A stretch of DNA of 64,000 nt from Candidatus Latescibacterota bacterium. GTDB lineage: Bacteria > Latescibacterota > UBA2968. A program made the translations under genes and the position numbers. Each line of letters opens with the position of its first letter. Position 1 is the first letter of the stretch. The stretch covers positions 5,088,001 through 5,152,000 of the forward strand of contig OZ241986.1 in NCBI GenBank assembly GCA_965204375.1. The letters are read 5' to 3'. Positions 29,149-39,601 of this stretch are shown here, piece after piece. A model generated the notes under the pieces. That model was not told the origin of the DNA, did no database searches, and saw nothing but the letters and a program-made list of their open reading frames with translations.

Positions 29149-29880
29149 TCAAAACGTAAGATACTGCTTAATACTCTCATCCGACAATTCATCCGCAGAA
29201 CCGCACAACGCAATCGTTCCGCGATCCATCAAATAAAAATAATCGGCAATCTGCCGGGCAAAATCAAAATACTGCTCCACCAGAATAATGGTGAGATTGC
29301 CTTTATCCTTCAGATGAATCAACACATTTTCTATATCGAGAATAATCGAAGGCTGAATACCCTCTGTAGGCTCGTCCAGAATGAGAATATCCGGATCGCC
29401 AACAAGCGCACGGGCAATGGCGAGTTGCTGTTGCTGTCCCCCACTGAGATTTCCACCCATTCGATCTTGCATATCGGCCAACACGGGAAAAAGATCGTAA
29501 ATCAGCTCCTCCGGTAGAGTTGCAAGGCCATCTGTGCGCGCTTCCAAACCAATTTGCAAATTCTCATTCACCGTGAGCCTGGGAAAAATCTCGCGCCCTT
29601 GCGGCACATAACTCAAACCCGCGCGCGCCCGCAAATCCGGTGTCTGTCCCGTTATATTCTCCCCGTTCAACAGAATATTCCCCCGCCGAGGACGCAGCAG
29701 ACCCATTATCGTCTTGATAAGCGTCGTCTTCCCAACGCCATTGCGCCCCATAACTGCCACAATAGCCCCTCTGGGGATATCCATATCAATATCGCGCAAG
29801 ATGAGACTCTCGCCGTAATAAACATCCAGACCTCGAACGGCAAGCGCGGTGTCTGTAATTGTCGTAGTCGTGGCGGTCAT
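29149..29880 (-). CDS. urtE: urea ABC transporter ATP-binding protein
   Basis: [35 protein letters not shown]. Confidence 0.93.
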   Translation of the reverse strand: MTATTTTITDTALAVRGLDVYYGESLILRDIDMDIPRGAIVAVMGRNGVGKTTLIKTIMGLLRPRRGNILLNGENITGQTPDLRARAGLSYVPQGREIFPRLTVNENLQIGLEARTDGLATLPEELIYDLFPVLADMQDRMGGNLSGGQQQQLAIARALVGDPDILILDEPTEGIQPSIILDIENVLIHLKDKGNLTIILVEQYFDFARQIADYFYLMDRGTIALCGSADELSDESIKQYLTF

Positions 29881-30629
29881 AGCTGCGCACTACCCAGATA
29901 ACATTCAATAACCCGGGGATCATTTTGCACCTGATCCATCGGTCCTTCAACGAGCACCTTGCCCTCGTGGAGAACCGTAACAGTGCGGGCGATCTGTCTC
30001 ACAAATTCCATATCGTGCTCAATAACAATAATCGCGTGATTCATCGTCAGGCGTTCGAGAAGTTCTCCCGTCTTAACCGTTTCTTCATCCGTCATACCAG
30101 CAGCGGGTTCATCAATCAAAAAAAGCTCGGGATCTTGCAAAATGACCATCGCAATCTCGAGCCACTGTTTTTGCCCGTGCGAAAGCGCATCGGCAACAGT
30201 ATGCAAGTGATCGGCCAGACCCGTCTGTTCTGCAACAGCCTGGATGCGATCGCGATTTTTATCCGACAAACGCGAAACAAGCGAAAAGAGAACCGTGTGG
30301 TCGGTCTTGAGCGCCAGCATCAAATTCTCGTACACCGTAAGAGAAGTAAAAACAGACGGCGTTTGAAACTTGCGGCCAACACCTGCTTTGACAATCGCAT
30401 CTTCGCTCATCTGGGTAAGATCGAACTTTTCAAAACGCGCACTGCCGCGGTCGGGTTTGGTCTTCCCACACAAAACATCGAGAAACGTCGTTTTACCCGC
30501 ACCATTTGGACCGATAACGACGCGCAATTCCCGGTCGTGCAGGACAAACTCATCTATATCGAGCGCGACAAAACCATCAAAAGACACGCGCAAATTTTGA
30601 ACAGTCAGCAGAACCGGATCAAAAATCAT
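29877..30629 (-). CDS. urtD: urea ABC transporter ATP-binding protein
   Basis: GPNGAGKT, GRKFQTP, LSHGQKQWLEI. Confidence 0.93.
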   Translation of the reverse strand: MIFDPVLLTVQNLRVSFDGFVALDIDEFVLHDRELRVVIGPNGAGKTTFLDVLCGKTKPDRGSARFEKFDLTQMSEDAIVKAGVGRKFQTPSVFTSLTVYENLMLALKTDHTVLFSLVSRLSDKNRDRIQAVAEQTGLADHLHTVADALSHGQKQWLEIAMVILQDPELFLIDEPAAGMTDEETVKTGELLERLTMNHAIIVIEHDMEFVRQIARTVTVLHEGKVLVEGPMDQVQNDPRVIECYLGSAQL

Positions 30630-30630
30630 A

Positions 30631-31731
30631 TCAATCCTGACTTTCAGCGGCTACAGGCAAAGTCGTCCGCATACGTCTGGGCAAAAAACGCTTCAGACTA
30701 CTTATCTTTATCTTAGATCGCAAACCAATGAGACCATCGGGGAAAAAGAGCACAACGCCGATAAAGAGGAAGCCCAAAAAGTAGAGCCATGTACCGGGGA
30801 ACGCACCCGTCAAAAAACTGTAGAGAAGATTCACAAGCACCGCACCGATAATCGGACCAATCAGAGTCCCCCGCCCGCCAACAGCAACCCATATCACCAT
30901 CTCAATAGAAGCCTGCACATCCATGCGACCCGGTGTAATAATCCCGGTCTGAGGCACATAGAGCAATCCACCCAGAGCACCGAGCATACTGGCCATCACA
31001 AAGACAAATACCTTGTAGCTCATAACGCGATAGCCGATAAAACGCAGCCGATGTTCACTATCGCGAACCGCAATAAGCACGCGTCCGAGTTTGGATTTCA
31101 CCACAAAACGACACAAAAAATAGGAAACAAAAAGTGTGACAAAAGCAATGATATAAAGACCGCGTTTGCTCGCCGGATCGGCCAACTCAAAACCGAGCAA
31201 AGTTTTAAAATCCGTCAGACCATTGGTACCGCCGAGCATGGTCTCATTCCGCAAAAAAATGAGCCAGACCCCCAGGGCAAGAGCCTGCGTAATAATGGCA
31301 AAATAAACTCCTTGGAGACGGCTGCGAAAAGCGAGAAACCCAAAAATGAGCGCAATAAGTGCCGGAATCATAAGCGATAGGATAAATGCAAATGTAAAAG
31401 TGTGAAAAGGCTCCCAAAAAAGCGGCAATTGTTCCACGCGATTCCACACCATAAAATCGGGCAACGCACTCCCATAAACCCCTTGCGTACCCGTCTTGAG
31501 CAGCATGTGCATACCAATCGCATACCCGCCCAAACAAAAAAAGAACGCCTGACACAGCGAAAGAATACCCGTATATCCCCAGATCAGATCAATCCCCAGT
31601 GCGGCAATCGCAAAACAAAAATAACGGCCCCAGAGATTTAATGTCGTATCTGAAAGCAATCCCATCGCATTGAGCACGGGCGCGGCAATGCCAAAGAGAA
31701 GGAATACGATGATGGGACGGTAGTAAGTCAT
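30631..31731 (-). CDS. urtC: urea ABC transporter permease
   Basis: LPDFMVWN, GVYFAIITQAL, SIEMVIWVAVGGRG. Confidence 0.93.
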   Translation of the reverse strand: MTYYRPIIVFLLFGIAAPVLNAMGLLSDTTLNLWGRYFCFAIAALGIDLIWGYTGILSLCQAFFFCLGGYAIGMHMLLKTGTQGVYGSALPDFMVWNRVEQLPLFWEPFHTFTFAFILSLMIPALIALIFGFLAFRSRLQGVYFAIITQALALGVWLIFLRNETMLGGTNGLTDFKTLLGFELADPASKRGLYIIAFVTLFVSYFLCRFVVKSKLGRVLIAVRDSEHRLRFIGYRVMSYKVFVFVMASMLGALGGLLYVPQTGIITPGRMDVQASIEMVIWVAVGGRGTLIGPIIGAVLVNLLYSFLTGAFPGTWLYFLGFLFIGVVLFFPDGLIGLRSKIKISSLKRFLPRRMRTTLPVAAESQD

Positions 31732-31808
31732 AAAGCATATCCGTATTGTGGCAGTTCGTCTGCGTAAAACGCTCAAATTACTCGCGTTTTTTCTGCGTCA
31801 TCTGCGGA

Positions 31809-33482
31809 TTATTCATCCCTCCCCCTCGCGGGAAAAATGCCCGTGGGACGCAACTGTAAAAAGAGGATAATAAGGCCCAAAATGAGCACCTTGGCATACA
31901 CGGCTTCGGCGAAGGGTTCAATAACCTTATTGGAAACACCAATACCGAGACCCGCGACAATAGTCCCCAAAATTTTTCCAACACCGCCCACGACAACCAC
32001 GAGAAAAGCATCGACAATATAAGTCTGTCCCATATTTGGAACGACATTGCCAATAAGCGTCATAGCCCATCCCGCGATACCCGCGATACCTGTACCGATG
32101 AAAAACGCAATCGCATCCACGCGACGGGTGGGAATACCCATACAAGCACTCATCCCGCGATTTTGTGTAACAGCACGCAACCGAAGACCAAATCGGGTCT
32201 TAAAGAAAAACGCGACCAAACCAATCAGGATAACAGCGGTCAGACAGATGATAAAGATCCGGTTATACGGCAGCATAACCTGCGGTGCCAATTCAAAGCC
32301 CCCGCTGAGAATCTGGGGCAGCTTGACAGCCGTGAGATCTCCAAAAATTGTACGCGCGAGTTGCACCAGAATAAGACCAATCCCCCACGTAGCCAGCAAA
32401 CTCTCGAGCGGACGATTGTAAAGACGGCGAATAACCAGAGACTCCACCAGCAAACCCATACTGCCAGCCGCGAGAAATGCAACCGGCAAAGACAGCAGAA
32501 AAAACAGATCGATATAGGCAGCGGGCAGGACAATCATGCAAATATTCTGAACAATAAACGTAAAATAAGCCCCGACCATCATAAACTCGCCATGCGCCAT
32601 ATTGATAATACCGATTTGCCCGTATATAACTGCCAGGCCAAGCGCAATCAGAATCAAAATAGACCCCAGACTGAGACCGACAAAAGCAGTCTGGATCACA
32701 ACCATAATCTGGTTAAAAGTCTCAAGCCACTGAATCGCATCGCGGATCTCGTTCCGAACCGCGGGATCTGACTCGGCAATATTGCCACTGGCATCGGGTT
32801 CAACACGCGCGCGCAAAAAAGAAAGGACGAATGTATTATTGAGTTCGCCCAGCGCTTTGGCCGCATTGAGACGAACTTCGGGACTGGGATGTGTGAGTTC
32901 GAGCTTGCCCAGAGCAACGCGGATCAGGCTTTGAATACTGCTATCCGTTTCTTTTTCCAGAGCATCTCGCAGCATGGGGACCGCGCCCAGATCACCGCGA
33001 TTGCCCAGCGTTTCTACAGCAACGCGGCGCTTGCCGGGATCCGGATGAAAAATCTCCATCTGTGTGAGATAGGGTTGGATAAGGGCGCGGATGCGGCGGT
33101 TGCTATCAATCTCTTCGAGATCGATCAGCGGCGCAATAAGGGGCTTGCCCTCATCGTTCAGAATGGGATGGCGTTTGGGATAGGCGGTGTAGAGCGGGGC
33201 GAAGGTATCGCCATAATCGTCTTCTTGCATGTCGCCGATAATGACGAGATCGTTATTCTTCAGATAGAGTTCACCATTGAAAAGCGCGACCATCAGGGCG
33301 TAATAATTGACATCTTTTGCATCTGAAATAGCCCTGACCGCAGTAGTGATACTATCGCGGTTATTGCTGGTAATGCGCCCGAGTTGCAACTGGTGATCCA
33401 TCTGTGCCTGGACGGAAGATGCGCCCAAAATGAGAGCCAGCGCGCAGATAGAGCGCAAAAAATTGTGGCGTTTTATTTTCAT
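31809..33482 (-). CDS. urtB: urea ABC transporter permease with N-terminal HEAT-like periplasmic domain
   Basis: INMAHGEF, RPLESLLATWG, RAVTQNR; signal peptide and HEAT-like region. Confidence 0.92.
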   Translation of the reverse strand: MKIKRHNFLRSICALALILGASSVQAQMDHQLQLGRITSNNRDSITTAVRAISDAKDVNYYALMVALFNGELYLKNNDLVIIGDMQEDDYGDTFAPLYTAYPKRHPILNDEGKPLIAPLIDLEEIDSNRRIRALIQPYLTQMEIFHPDPGKRRVAVETLGNRGDLGAVPMLRDALEKETDSSIQSLIRVALGKLELTHPSPEVRLNAAKALGELNNTFVLSFLRARVEPDASGNIAESDPAVRNEIRDAIQWLETFNQIMVVIQTAFVGLSLGSILILIALGLAVIYGQIGIINMAHGEFMMVGAYFTFIVQNICMIVLPAAYIDLFFLLSLPVAFLAAGSMGLLVESLVIRRLYNRPLESLLATWGIGLILVQLARTIFGDLTAVKLPQILSGGFELAPQVMLPYNRIFIICLTAVILIGLVAFFFKTRFGLRLRAVTQNRGMSACMGIPTRRVDAIAFFIGTGIAGIAGWAMTLIGNVVPNMGQTYIVDAFLVVVVGGVGKILGTIVAGLGIGVSNKVIEPFAEAVYAKVLILGLIILFLQLRPTGIFPARGRDE

Positions 33483-33577
33483 GCGTTTAAGTCAACACCT
33501 CCACAGCGAGAGACACCGCCCACCTGGGAGAGGCCAGAGGAAAGCGGCATCCCTCTTTTGCGGAGAATTTTTTCAAG

Positions 33578-34477
33578 TTAAAACGTAAAAATAGATTCAA
33601 AAGCAAACAGGGTTACTTCTGAATCAATATCGCGGCGCAATTCGGCCAACACACCCCAGTTATCGGTAATCGTATAGCTGGGACTAAAGGTAATCTCCGT
33701 AAACTTTCCATCGGCATCTGTATCCAGACCACTGTAGCGCACAGTAGCACCGATCTTGTCGGACAAAGCCATATTGCCCATCAAAATCCAGCCATAGCCA
33801 CTATTGCCACTTTCCCCCCAGTTCGCCAGATAGTTGTATTCCGCAGCCAGTGTCACAGGACCCGTGGCATACATTCCCCAGGCATTGAGAAGTGACTGTT
33901 CAAAACTGCCCATATCTTCCCATATATACGCGATCTTGGCCGTAACTGCTTCAACAGGTGTAAAAGCAACCTGCGCTTCAAAACCCAGATCGTCAAAACT
34001 GGTATCGGACCCATCCCACACGCTGGAAACAACAGAGCCAAAAAAGCCGACTTTTCCGTTTCCAAAACCCACAGCAGCACCATTTTGATAACCACCATAG
34101 ACGAGTGTTGCAGAATAAGAGTACTGATACAGACCCGTCGGTTCTGCAGTCTCCCAACCCGAACAACTCAAAAACTTACCGCCCGTAATACTAAATCCAT
34201 TCGGTGCTTTGTAAGTCACAAAAGCCTGTTCGAGATCTACAGATCCACCACTGAGGCTATTGATATCGGCCTGGGCTGATAGCCCGCGTCCATAGTTGTA
34301 AATAAAGTCAACTTCAAACTGATCAAAAGACAGATTATTGGATTTGGATTCCGTGTCGTAGGTTGACGACATATCGAAAAATCCCGTAACCGTGAGGTTA
34401 TCTGTAATTTTGATCTGAGCGAATGACGAAGTGGCTGAAAAGGCCAGCAGCGCGAGAAGCAGCAACAATTTTTTCAT
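33578..34477 (-). CDS. outer-membrane beta-barrel porin (BBP2-like)
   Basis: Signal peptide, LEQAFV, GKFLS..GWE, amphipathic strands, C-terminal Phe. Confidence 0.75.
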   Translation of the reverse strand: MKKLLLLLALLAFSATSSFAQIKITDNLTVTGFFDMSSTYDTESKSNNLSFDQFEVDFIYNYGRGLSAQADINSLSGGSVDLEQAFVTYKAPNGFSITGGKFLSCSGWETAEPTGLYQYSYSATLVYGGYQNGAAVGFGNGKVGFFGSVVSSVWDGSDTSFDDLGFEAQVAFTPVEAVTAKIAYIWEDMGSFEQSLLNAWGMYATGPVTLAAEYNYLANWGESGNSGYGWILMGNMALSDKIGATVRYSGLDTDADGKFTEITFSPSYTITDNWGVLAELRRDIDSEVTLFAFESIFTF

Positions 34478-34528
34478 TTTTTTCTCCTATTTTGCGGGCG
34501 GAGCAATCGAATTACTCCGCCCAAGTTT

Positions 34529-35794
34529 TTACTGACCCAGCATATAGGTTCCCATGTGTTTGACATGATCGCAATCTTTGTCCGCACTCGTGATATCGTC
34601 CCAGGGATCGGGAGCGACGAGGCCATCGGTCTCATATACAATTTTGAATTGACCGTTCTTGCGGATCTCGCCAATCAGCACGGGCTTGTGCAAATGGTGG
34701 TTCACCAAATCCATCATCACCGTACCCCCCGGACCGTCAAACTTGAGACCGTAAAGCGCGGGACGCACAGCATCAACATCAAAAGAACCGGCTTCTTCCA
34801 CAGCGGCTTTCCAGAGATAAACACCCACATAAGACCACACGATGGGATCATCGGTCACGCGCTTGGCACCACCGGGCAACCCATTTGCCGCGCAATAATC
34901 CTTAAACTTCTTCACAAACGCGCGATTTTCGGAAGACGAAATAGATTGGAAGTAATTCCAGGCAGCCAGATGACCGACGAGAAACTCCGTATCCATCGAG
35001 CGCAACTCATCTTCAGCGACAGAAAATGCCATAATCGGACACATCGCCGACGTGAGACCCTGGTTGGCAAACTCCTTGTAAAACGGAACATTGGAATCGC
35101 CATTAATAGTAGATAGAACAGCCGCATCGCCATTGGCGGCAAAGCGCTTGATCTTCTGGACTATGGTCTGATAGTCCTGATGGTGAAAAGGCGTATATTC
35201 TTCAATAATATTTTTTTCGGGCACACCCTTGTGCAGCAAGAAAGCGCGGAGAATCTTATTCGCAGTACGCGGGAAAACATAATCCGTACCCAGCAAATAA
35301 AACTTCTTATAACTGCCACCCTCTTCACTCATCAGATATTCCGCAGCGGGAATCAGTTGCTGGTTGGGCGTGGCACCAGTATAAATAATATTGCGAGAAC
35401 ACTCCTCCCCTTCGTATTGAACGGGATAAAAAAGCAACCCGTTATTCTCTTCAAAAACTGGCAAAACAGACTTGCGCGAAACCGAAGTCCAGCAACCAAA
35501 AGTTACGTCAACCTTCTCTTCTCGAAGTAGCATTTTGGCTTTCTCGGCAAACAAGTCCCAGTCCGATGCCGGATCGACAACCACGGGTTCAATTTTCTTG
35601 CCCAGCACGCCGCCACTGGCATTGATTTCTTCAACAGCCATAAGCACGACATCGCGCAGTGAAACCTCAGAAATAGCCATGGTCCCGCTGAGAGAGTGCA
35701 ACACGCCGAGTTTAACAGTCTCCTCTGCCTGAACAGTAAGACCTGTGGTGCATAGCAGTGCAGCGGCAAACAACATATTCATAAACTTTTTCAT
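34529..35794 (-). CDS. urtA: urea ABC transporter substrate-binding protein
   Basis: LHSLSGTMAISE, FGCWTSVSRK, YPVQYEG, DYVFPR, NGDSN, AAWNYF. Confidence 0.95.
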   Translation of the reverse strand: MKKFMNMLFAAALLCTTGLTVQAEETVKLGVLHSLSGTMAISEVSLRDVVLMAVEEINASGGVLGKKIEPVVVDPASDWDLFAEKAKMLLREEKVDVTFGCWTSVSRKSVLPVFEENNGLLFYPVQYEGEECSRNIIYTGATPNQQLIPAAEYLMSEEGGSYKKFYLLGTDYVFPRTANKILRAFLLHKGVPEKNIIEEYTPFHHQDYQTIVQKIKRFAANGDAAVLSTINGDSNVPFYKEFANQGLTSAMCPIMAFSVAEDELRSMDTEFLVGHLAAWNYFQSISSSENRAFVKKFKDYCAANGLPGGAKRVTDDPIVWSYVGVYLWKAAVEEAGSFDVDAVRPALYGLKFDGPGGTVMMDLVNHHLHKPVLIGEIRKNGQFKIVYETDGLVAPDPWDDITSADKDCDHVKHMGTYMLGQ

Positions 35795-36101
35795 ACGTGT
35801 GATACCTCCATTGTTTGTATTTCCTCGAAAAAACAAAATCTTTTTAATAAATGGGTTAGCCAGAGAAAAGCCTCCTTTCAACAAGGCAATACCCGATAGA
35901 GTCATTGTGACGGGCAAAAAATTACATTTAAATTATTTCAGAAAGATTAAACAGAGATAAACTCGATATTTCTTTTATTTTTTATTTAGAACTGAAATTT
36001 TAAGACGGCACCTTATTTTCAACGTGGATTTTCTGCTGTATTTGGAATATCTTAAACATGACCATTGATCTTCTCAATACCATTAAATCAACGAGGTCTG
36101 C

Positions 36102-36509
36102 ATGACAATCCCAGAACGAATTGACAAATTTCTCAAGGGAAAAGCATTCGGTGTTGTCGGCGCATCGCGCGATCGGGCAAAATACGGCAACAAGATCTTG
36201 CGGTGTTATCTACAGCACGGATTGACAGCTTATCCCATCAATCCCAAAGAGACGGAAATCGAGGGACAACCCTGTTTTCCCGATATAGCTTCACTCCCTG
36301 AACCCGTTCACGGCATCTCAATCATCACACCACCGCCTGTGACAGAAGCCATAATCCCTCAAGCTCACGAAGCGGGCATTCAACACGTGTGGATGCAACC
36401 CGGCGCCGAAAGTGCAAAAGCAATAGCGACGGGAAAAAAATTGGGACTTTCGGTTATCGGCGATGGATCGTGTCTGCTCGTGGTATTGGGCTACCGAGAA
36501 GAGGAATGA
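36102..36509 (+). CDS. CoA-binding protein (YccU-like)
   Basis: VVGAS, YPINP, VWMQPGAES. Confidence 0.9.
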   Translation: MTIPERIDKFLKGKAFGVVGASRDRAKYGNKILRCYLQHGLTAYPINPKETEIEGQPCFPDIASLPEPVHGISIITPPPVTEAIIPQAHEAGIQHVWMQPGAESAKAIATGKKLGLSVIGDGSCLLVVLGYREEE

Positions 36510-36510
36510 G

Positions 36511-37650
36511 ATGAAAATATCCGTACTTTTATGCTCTTGTCTATTCGCTATTGGACTTTGTGAAGCCAACGACGGGATTGAGGCAGCCAAAAGGCAAACA
36601 TATCAAGCCATTGACCTGCACCCATTGCGAGATGGGATGAGTCACTGGCGCAAGCGATATGGACGCGACCGCAACGACCCGATGTACGATCCCTCGCAGA
36701 TTGTCCACATAGCTGAAAACATGCTCGTTTACCAGAATACAGATGGGGGCTGGCCCAACAATATAGATTGGCAGGCGCAGATCGACCCCGATACAGTCAG
36801 AGCGATTAAAGGCGAACGCCGGATGGTCAGCACATTTGACAATCACAACACGTTCTCACAGATCGATTATCTGGCAAAGGTGTACATCGCGACTGACCTA
36901 ACGCGATATCGCAATGCAGTCGAAAGGGGTCTGGACTATATATTCCGCGAGCAACATCCCACGGGTGGATGGCGCGGTTGGGATGTAGATGCCATTACAT
37001 ATAATGATGGCGTAATGATTGGCATAATGATCCTGTTGAAAGATCTCGCAGACCGCAAGCCTCAGTTTGCATGGGCAAGCGATGAACTACACGCCAAAGC
37101 CAAAGCCGCACTGGACCGGGCAATTGATGTAACCCTGAAATGTCAAATTGTCGTCCAGGGCAAAAAGACGGGATGGTGTCAGCAACACGATCATATAACT
37201 TATAAACCCGTAAAAGCGCGCACTTATGAACTGCCGTCCATTACGGCGGGACAAACAGCGAAGATCGTGTATTTTTTAATGCGTATTGAAAATCCGAGCC
37301 TCGAGATAATAGATGCAATCGAAAGTGCGGTACAATGGTTTCACGATGCAAAAATAGAAGGCATTCGACTCAAACGCGTCGAAATAGACCCCGCGCGTTT
37401 TAGAAATCACACGGCGACCACAGACCTGGTCGTTGTCAAAGACCCGGACGCACCGCCTTTGTGGGCGCGTTTTCACGAAATTGGCACAAACCGCCCCTTT
37501 ATGGCAAACCGAGACGGCAACAAAGTCTATTCCCTATTAGAAGTCGCACTGGAAAGGCGCACCGGATATGCATGGTACGGATACTGGCCCGCGCGAATTT
37601 TGGAAAAAGATTATCCCATGTGGAAAAATACAAACAGGAGACAACAATGA
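36511..37650 (+). CDS. pectate lyase, PL10 (PelA/Pel-15E) family
   Basis: Signal peptide, GGWPNN, STFDN, ITYND, WCQQHD, ARTYELPS, WARF, ERRTGYAWY. Confidence 0.9.
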   Translation: MKISVLLCSCLFAIGLCEANDGIEAAKRQTYQAIDLHPLRDGMSHWRKRYGRDRNDPMYDPSQIVHIAENMLVYQNTDGGWPNNIDWQAQIDPDTVRAIKGERRMVSTFDNHNTFSQIDYLAKVYIATDLTRYRNAVERGLDYIFREQHPTGGWRGWDVDAITYNDGVMIGIMILLKDLADRKPQFAWASDELHAKAKAALDRAIDVTLKCQIVVQGKKTGWCQQHDHITYKPVKARTYELPSITAGQTAKIVYFLMRIENPSLEIIDAIESAVQWFHDAKIEGIRLKRVEIDPARFRNHTATTDLVVVKDPDAPPLWARFHEIGTNRPFMANRDGNKVYSLLEVALERRTGYAWYGYWPARILEKDYPMWKNTNRRQQ

Positions 37651-38591
37651 TCTATCGAACATTTGGCAAAACCGGATGGCGCGTTTCCGTCGTAGGATTG
37701 GGAACGTGGAACCTGGGCAATCAGTGGGGCGAGTTGAGCGACCGAGAAGCAACCGATATTATATTAGCCGCGATTGACAATGGCATGAACCTGCTGGACG
37801 CCGCCGAATCTTACGGCATCCCCAACGGCATGAGCGAATTGCGCATCGGCAAAACTCTGACACCCTCAATGCGCGACAAACTGATTATCGTGAGCAAAAT
37901 AGGCAACTGGGGAAGTCGCACCGGGGCACCTGTGCCAAAGACGGGCACTGATGCCATTCGCCTGTGCGGACACGCCTGCTTGGGACGCATGCAAACCGAC
38001 CGGATCGACGTCATGTTGTGCCATGAAGGTAGCATTGAAGACCCCTCTGTTTACATTGAAGGTTTTGATACCCTGTGTGAAGAGGGATTTGTCCGCACCT
38101 ATGGCATTTCAACAAATAGCCTGGATGTGCTGAAAAACTTCTACGAACTATCAAACGGCGTCTGCGCCGTAGTAGAAGTGGATTACTCTCTGATCAACCG
38201 CAAACCAGAAGCGGGATTTCTCGACTATTGCACAGAGAAAAATCTGGGTATCCTCGTGCGAGGCCCATTGGCCAAAGGCGTTTTATCCGGCAAATACAAC
38301 CGCGAAAGCGTATTTGGCGACACCGTGCGTGACGACTGGAACCCGGGACAATCCGATCGCGAAGAATACGAGGAAATGTTGGACAGTCTGGAGACGATCA
38401 GAGAGGCCATTGGAGACGACTCAAAACTCGTGGAAACCGCTCTCCGGTATGTCATTTCGCACAAATCCAATCCCATCGTCATTCCCGGCGCAACAAAGGT
38501 CCAGCAAGTAATAGACAATGCCCGGGCAGGTGCCGCCTTGCTGGATGAGGACCTGTATCGGAAATTGGGGGATATGGGAGGAAACATCTAA
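37647..38591 (+). CDS. aldo/keto reductase
   Basis: GLGTW, DAAESYG, SK, PLAKGVLSGK, IPGA. Confidence 0.92.
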   Translation: MIYRTFGKTGWRVSVVGLGTWNLGNQWGELSDREATDIILAAIDNGMNLLDAAESYGIPNGMSELRIGKTLTPSMRDKLIIVSKIGNWGSRTGAPVPKTGTDAIRLCGHACLGRMQTDRIDVMLCHEGSIEDPSVYIEGFDTLCEEGFVRTYGISTNSLDVLKNFYELSNGVCAVVEVDYSLINRKPEAGFLDYCTEKNLGILVRGPLAKGVLSGKYNRESVFGDTVRDDWNPGQSDREEYEEMLDSLETIREAIGDDSKLVETALRYVISHKSNPIVIPGATKVQQVIDNARAGAALLDEDLYRKLGDMGGNI

Positions 38592-39580
38592 TGCAAACAC
38601 GGGTTCCTTTTGAAAAATTAAAAGACGCATTTATCGCGGCACTCCTGAAAGCAGAATTATCACAGGAACGCGCGGAATTATGCGGGCGATTATTCGCAGA
38701 AAATCAGCGCGACGGCGTCTATTCCCATGGACTGAACCGATTTCCCGGACTACTGGCAAAACTGCGCGAAGGCCGATTAGACGGCACAGCCGAACCCGAA
38801 TGCGTAAAAGCACTCGGCGTCGTAGAACAATGGGATGGCAAAATGGGAATAGGACTGGTCAATGCACATCTCGCCATGGGACGCGCAATAGAAATCGCAA
38901 AAGCAAACGGCATGGGATGCATAGGCTTGCGCAACACAAACCACTGGATGCGCGCCGGAGCTTATGGCCTGCAAGCCGCCGACGCGGGATGCATCGGCAT
39001 GTGCTGGACAAATACCACCCCACTCATGCCACCCTGGGGCGCAACGGAAAAACGCATTGGCAACAATCCAATGACAATGGCGATCCCCAGAAAAGAGGGA
39101 CATATCCTCCTGGACATGGCGATGAGCCAGTATTCCAATGGTAAATTAGAAGTCTTGCAAGCACGAGGAGAAACCCTGCCTATCGCCGGAGGATTTGATA
39201 CAGAGGGCAATCTGACATGCGACCCCGGCGCCATCCTCGATTCAAAACGCGCCCTTCCAATCGGCTACTGGAAAGGATCGGCACTCGCAATCGTACTCGA
39301 TACCCTGGCCGCGCTATTATCCGCCGGTCAAACAACGCACGACATCGGCGCACAGGGCGATGAACACGCCGTATCCCAAACCTATATTGCAATCGACGTC
39401 ACATCATTAAACGGACAAGAATTGTGTGAACGCATTGTAAACGGCATCATTGACGACCTGCATGGCGTTCACGAATCCGCGCGTTACCCAGGCGAAGGCA
39501 TGCTGCGGATAAGACGCGAGAGTCTGGAGAAAGGGGTGGTGGTAGAGGAGGATCAGTGGAAGGAATTATTGAGGATATAA
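38591..39580 (+). CDS. yiaK: 3-dehydro-L-gulonate 2-dehydrogenase
   Basis: DGVYSHGLNRFP, NTNHWMR, MPPWG, LDMAMSQYS, GYWKGS. Confidence 0.9.
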   Translation: MQTRVPFEKLKDAFIAALLKAELSQERAELCGRLFAENQRDGVYSHGLNRFPGLLAKLREGRLDGTAEPECVKALGVVEQWDGKMGIGLVNAHLAMGRAIEIAKANGMGCIGLRNTNHWMRAGAYGLQAADAGCIGMCWTNTTPLMPPWGATEKRIGNNPMTMAIPRKEGHILLDMAMSQYSNGKLEVLQARGETLPIAGGFDTEGNLTCDPGAILDSKRALPIGYWKGSALAIVLDTLAALLSAGQTTHDIGAQGDEHAVSQTYIAIDVTSLNGQELCERIVNGIIDDLHGVHESARYPGEGMLRIRRESLEKGVVVEEDQWKELLRI

Positions 39581-39601
39581 CCATTTCTCAGGAGCATTTT
39601 T

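Noticed and set aside
31809-33482. HEAT-like extension on UrtB as a novelty
   Set aside because: Long periplasmic N-terminal extensions are common in UrtB proteins
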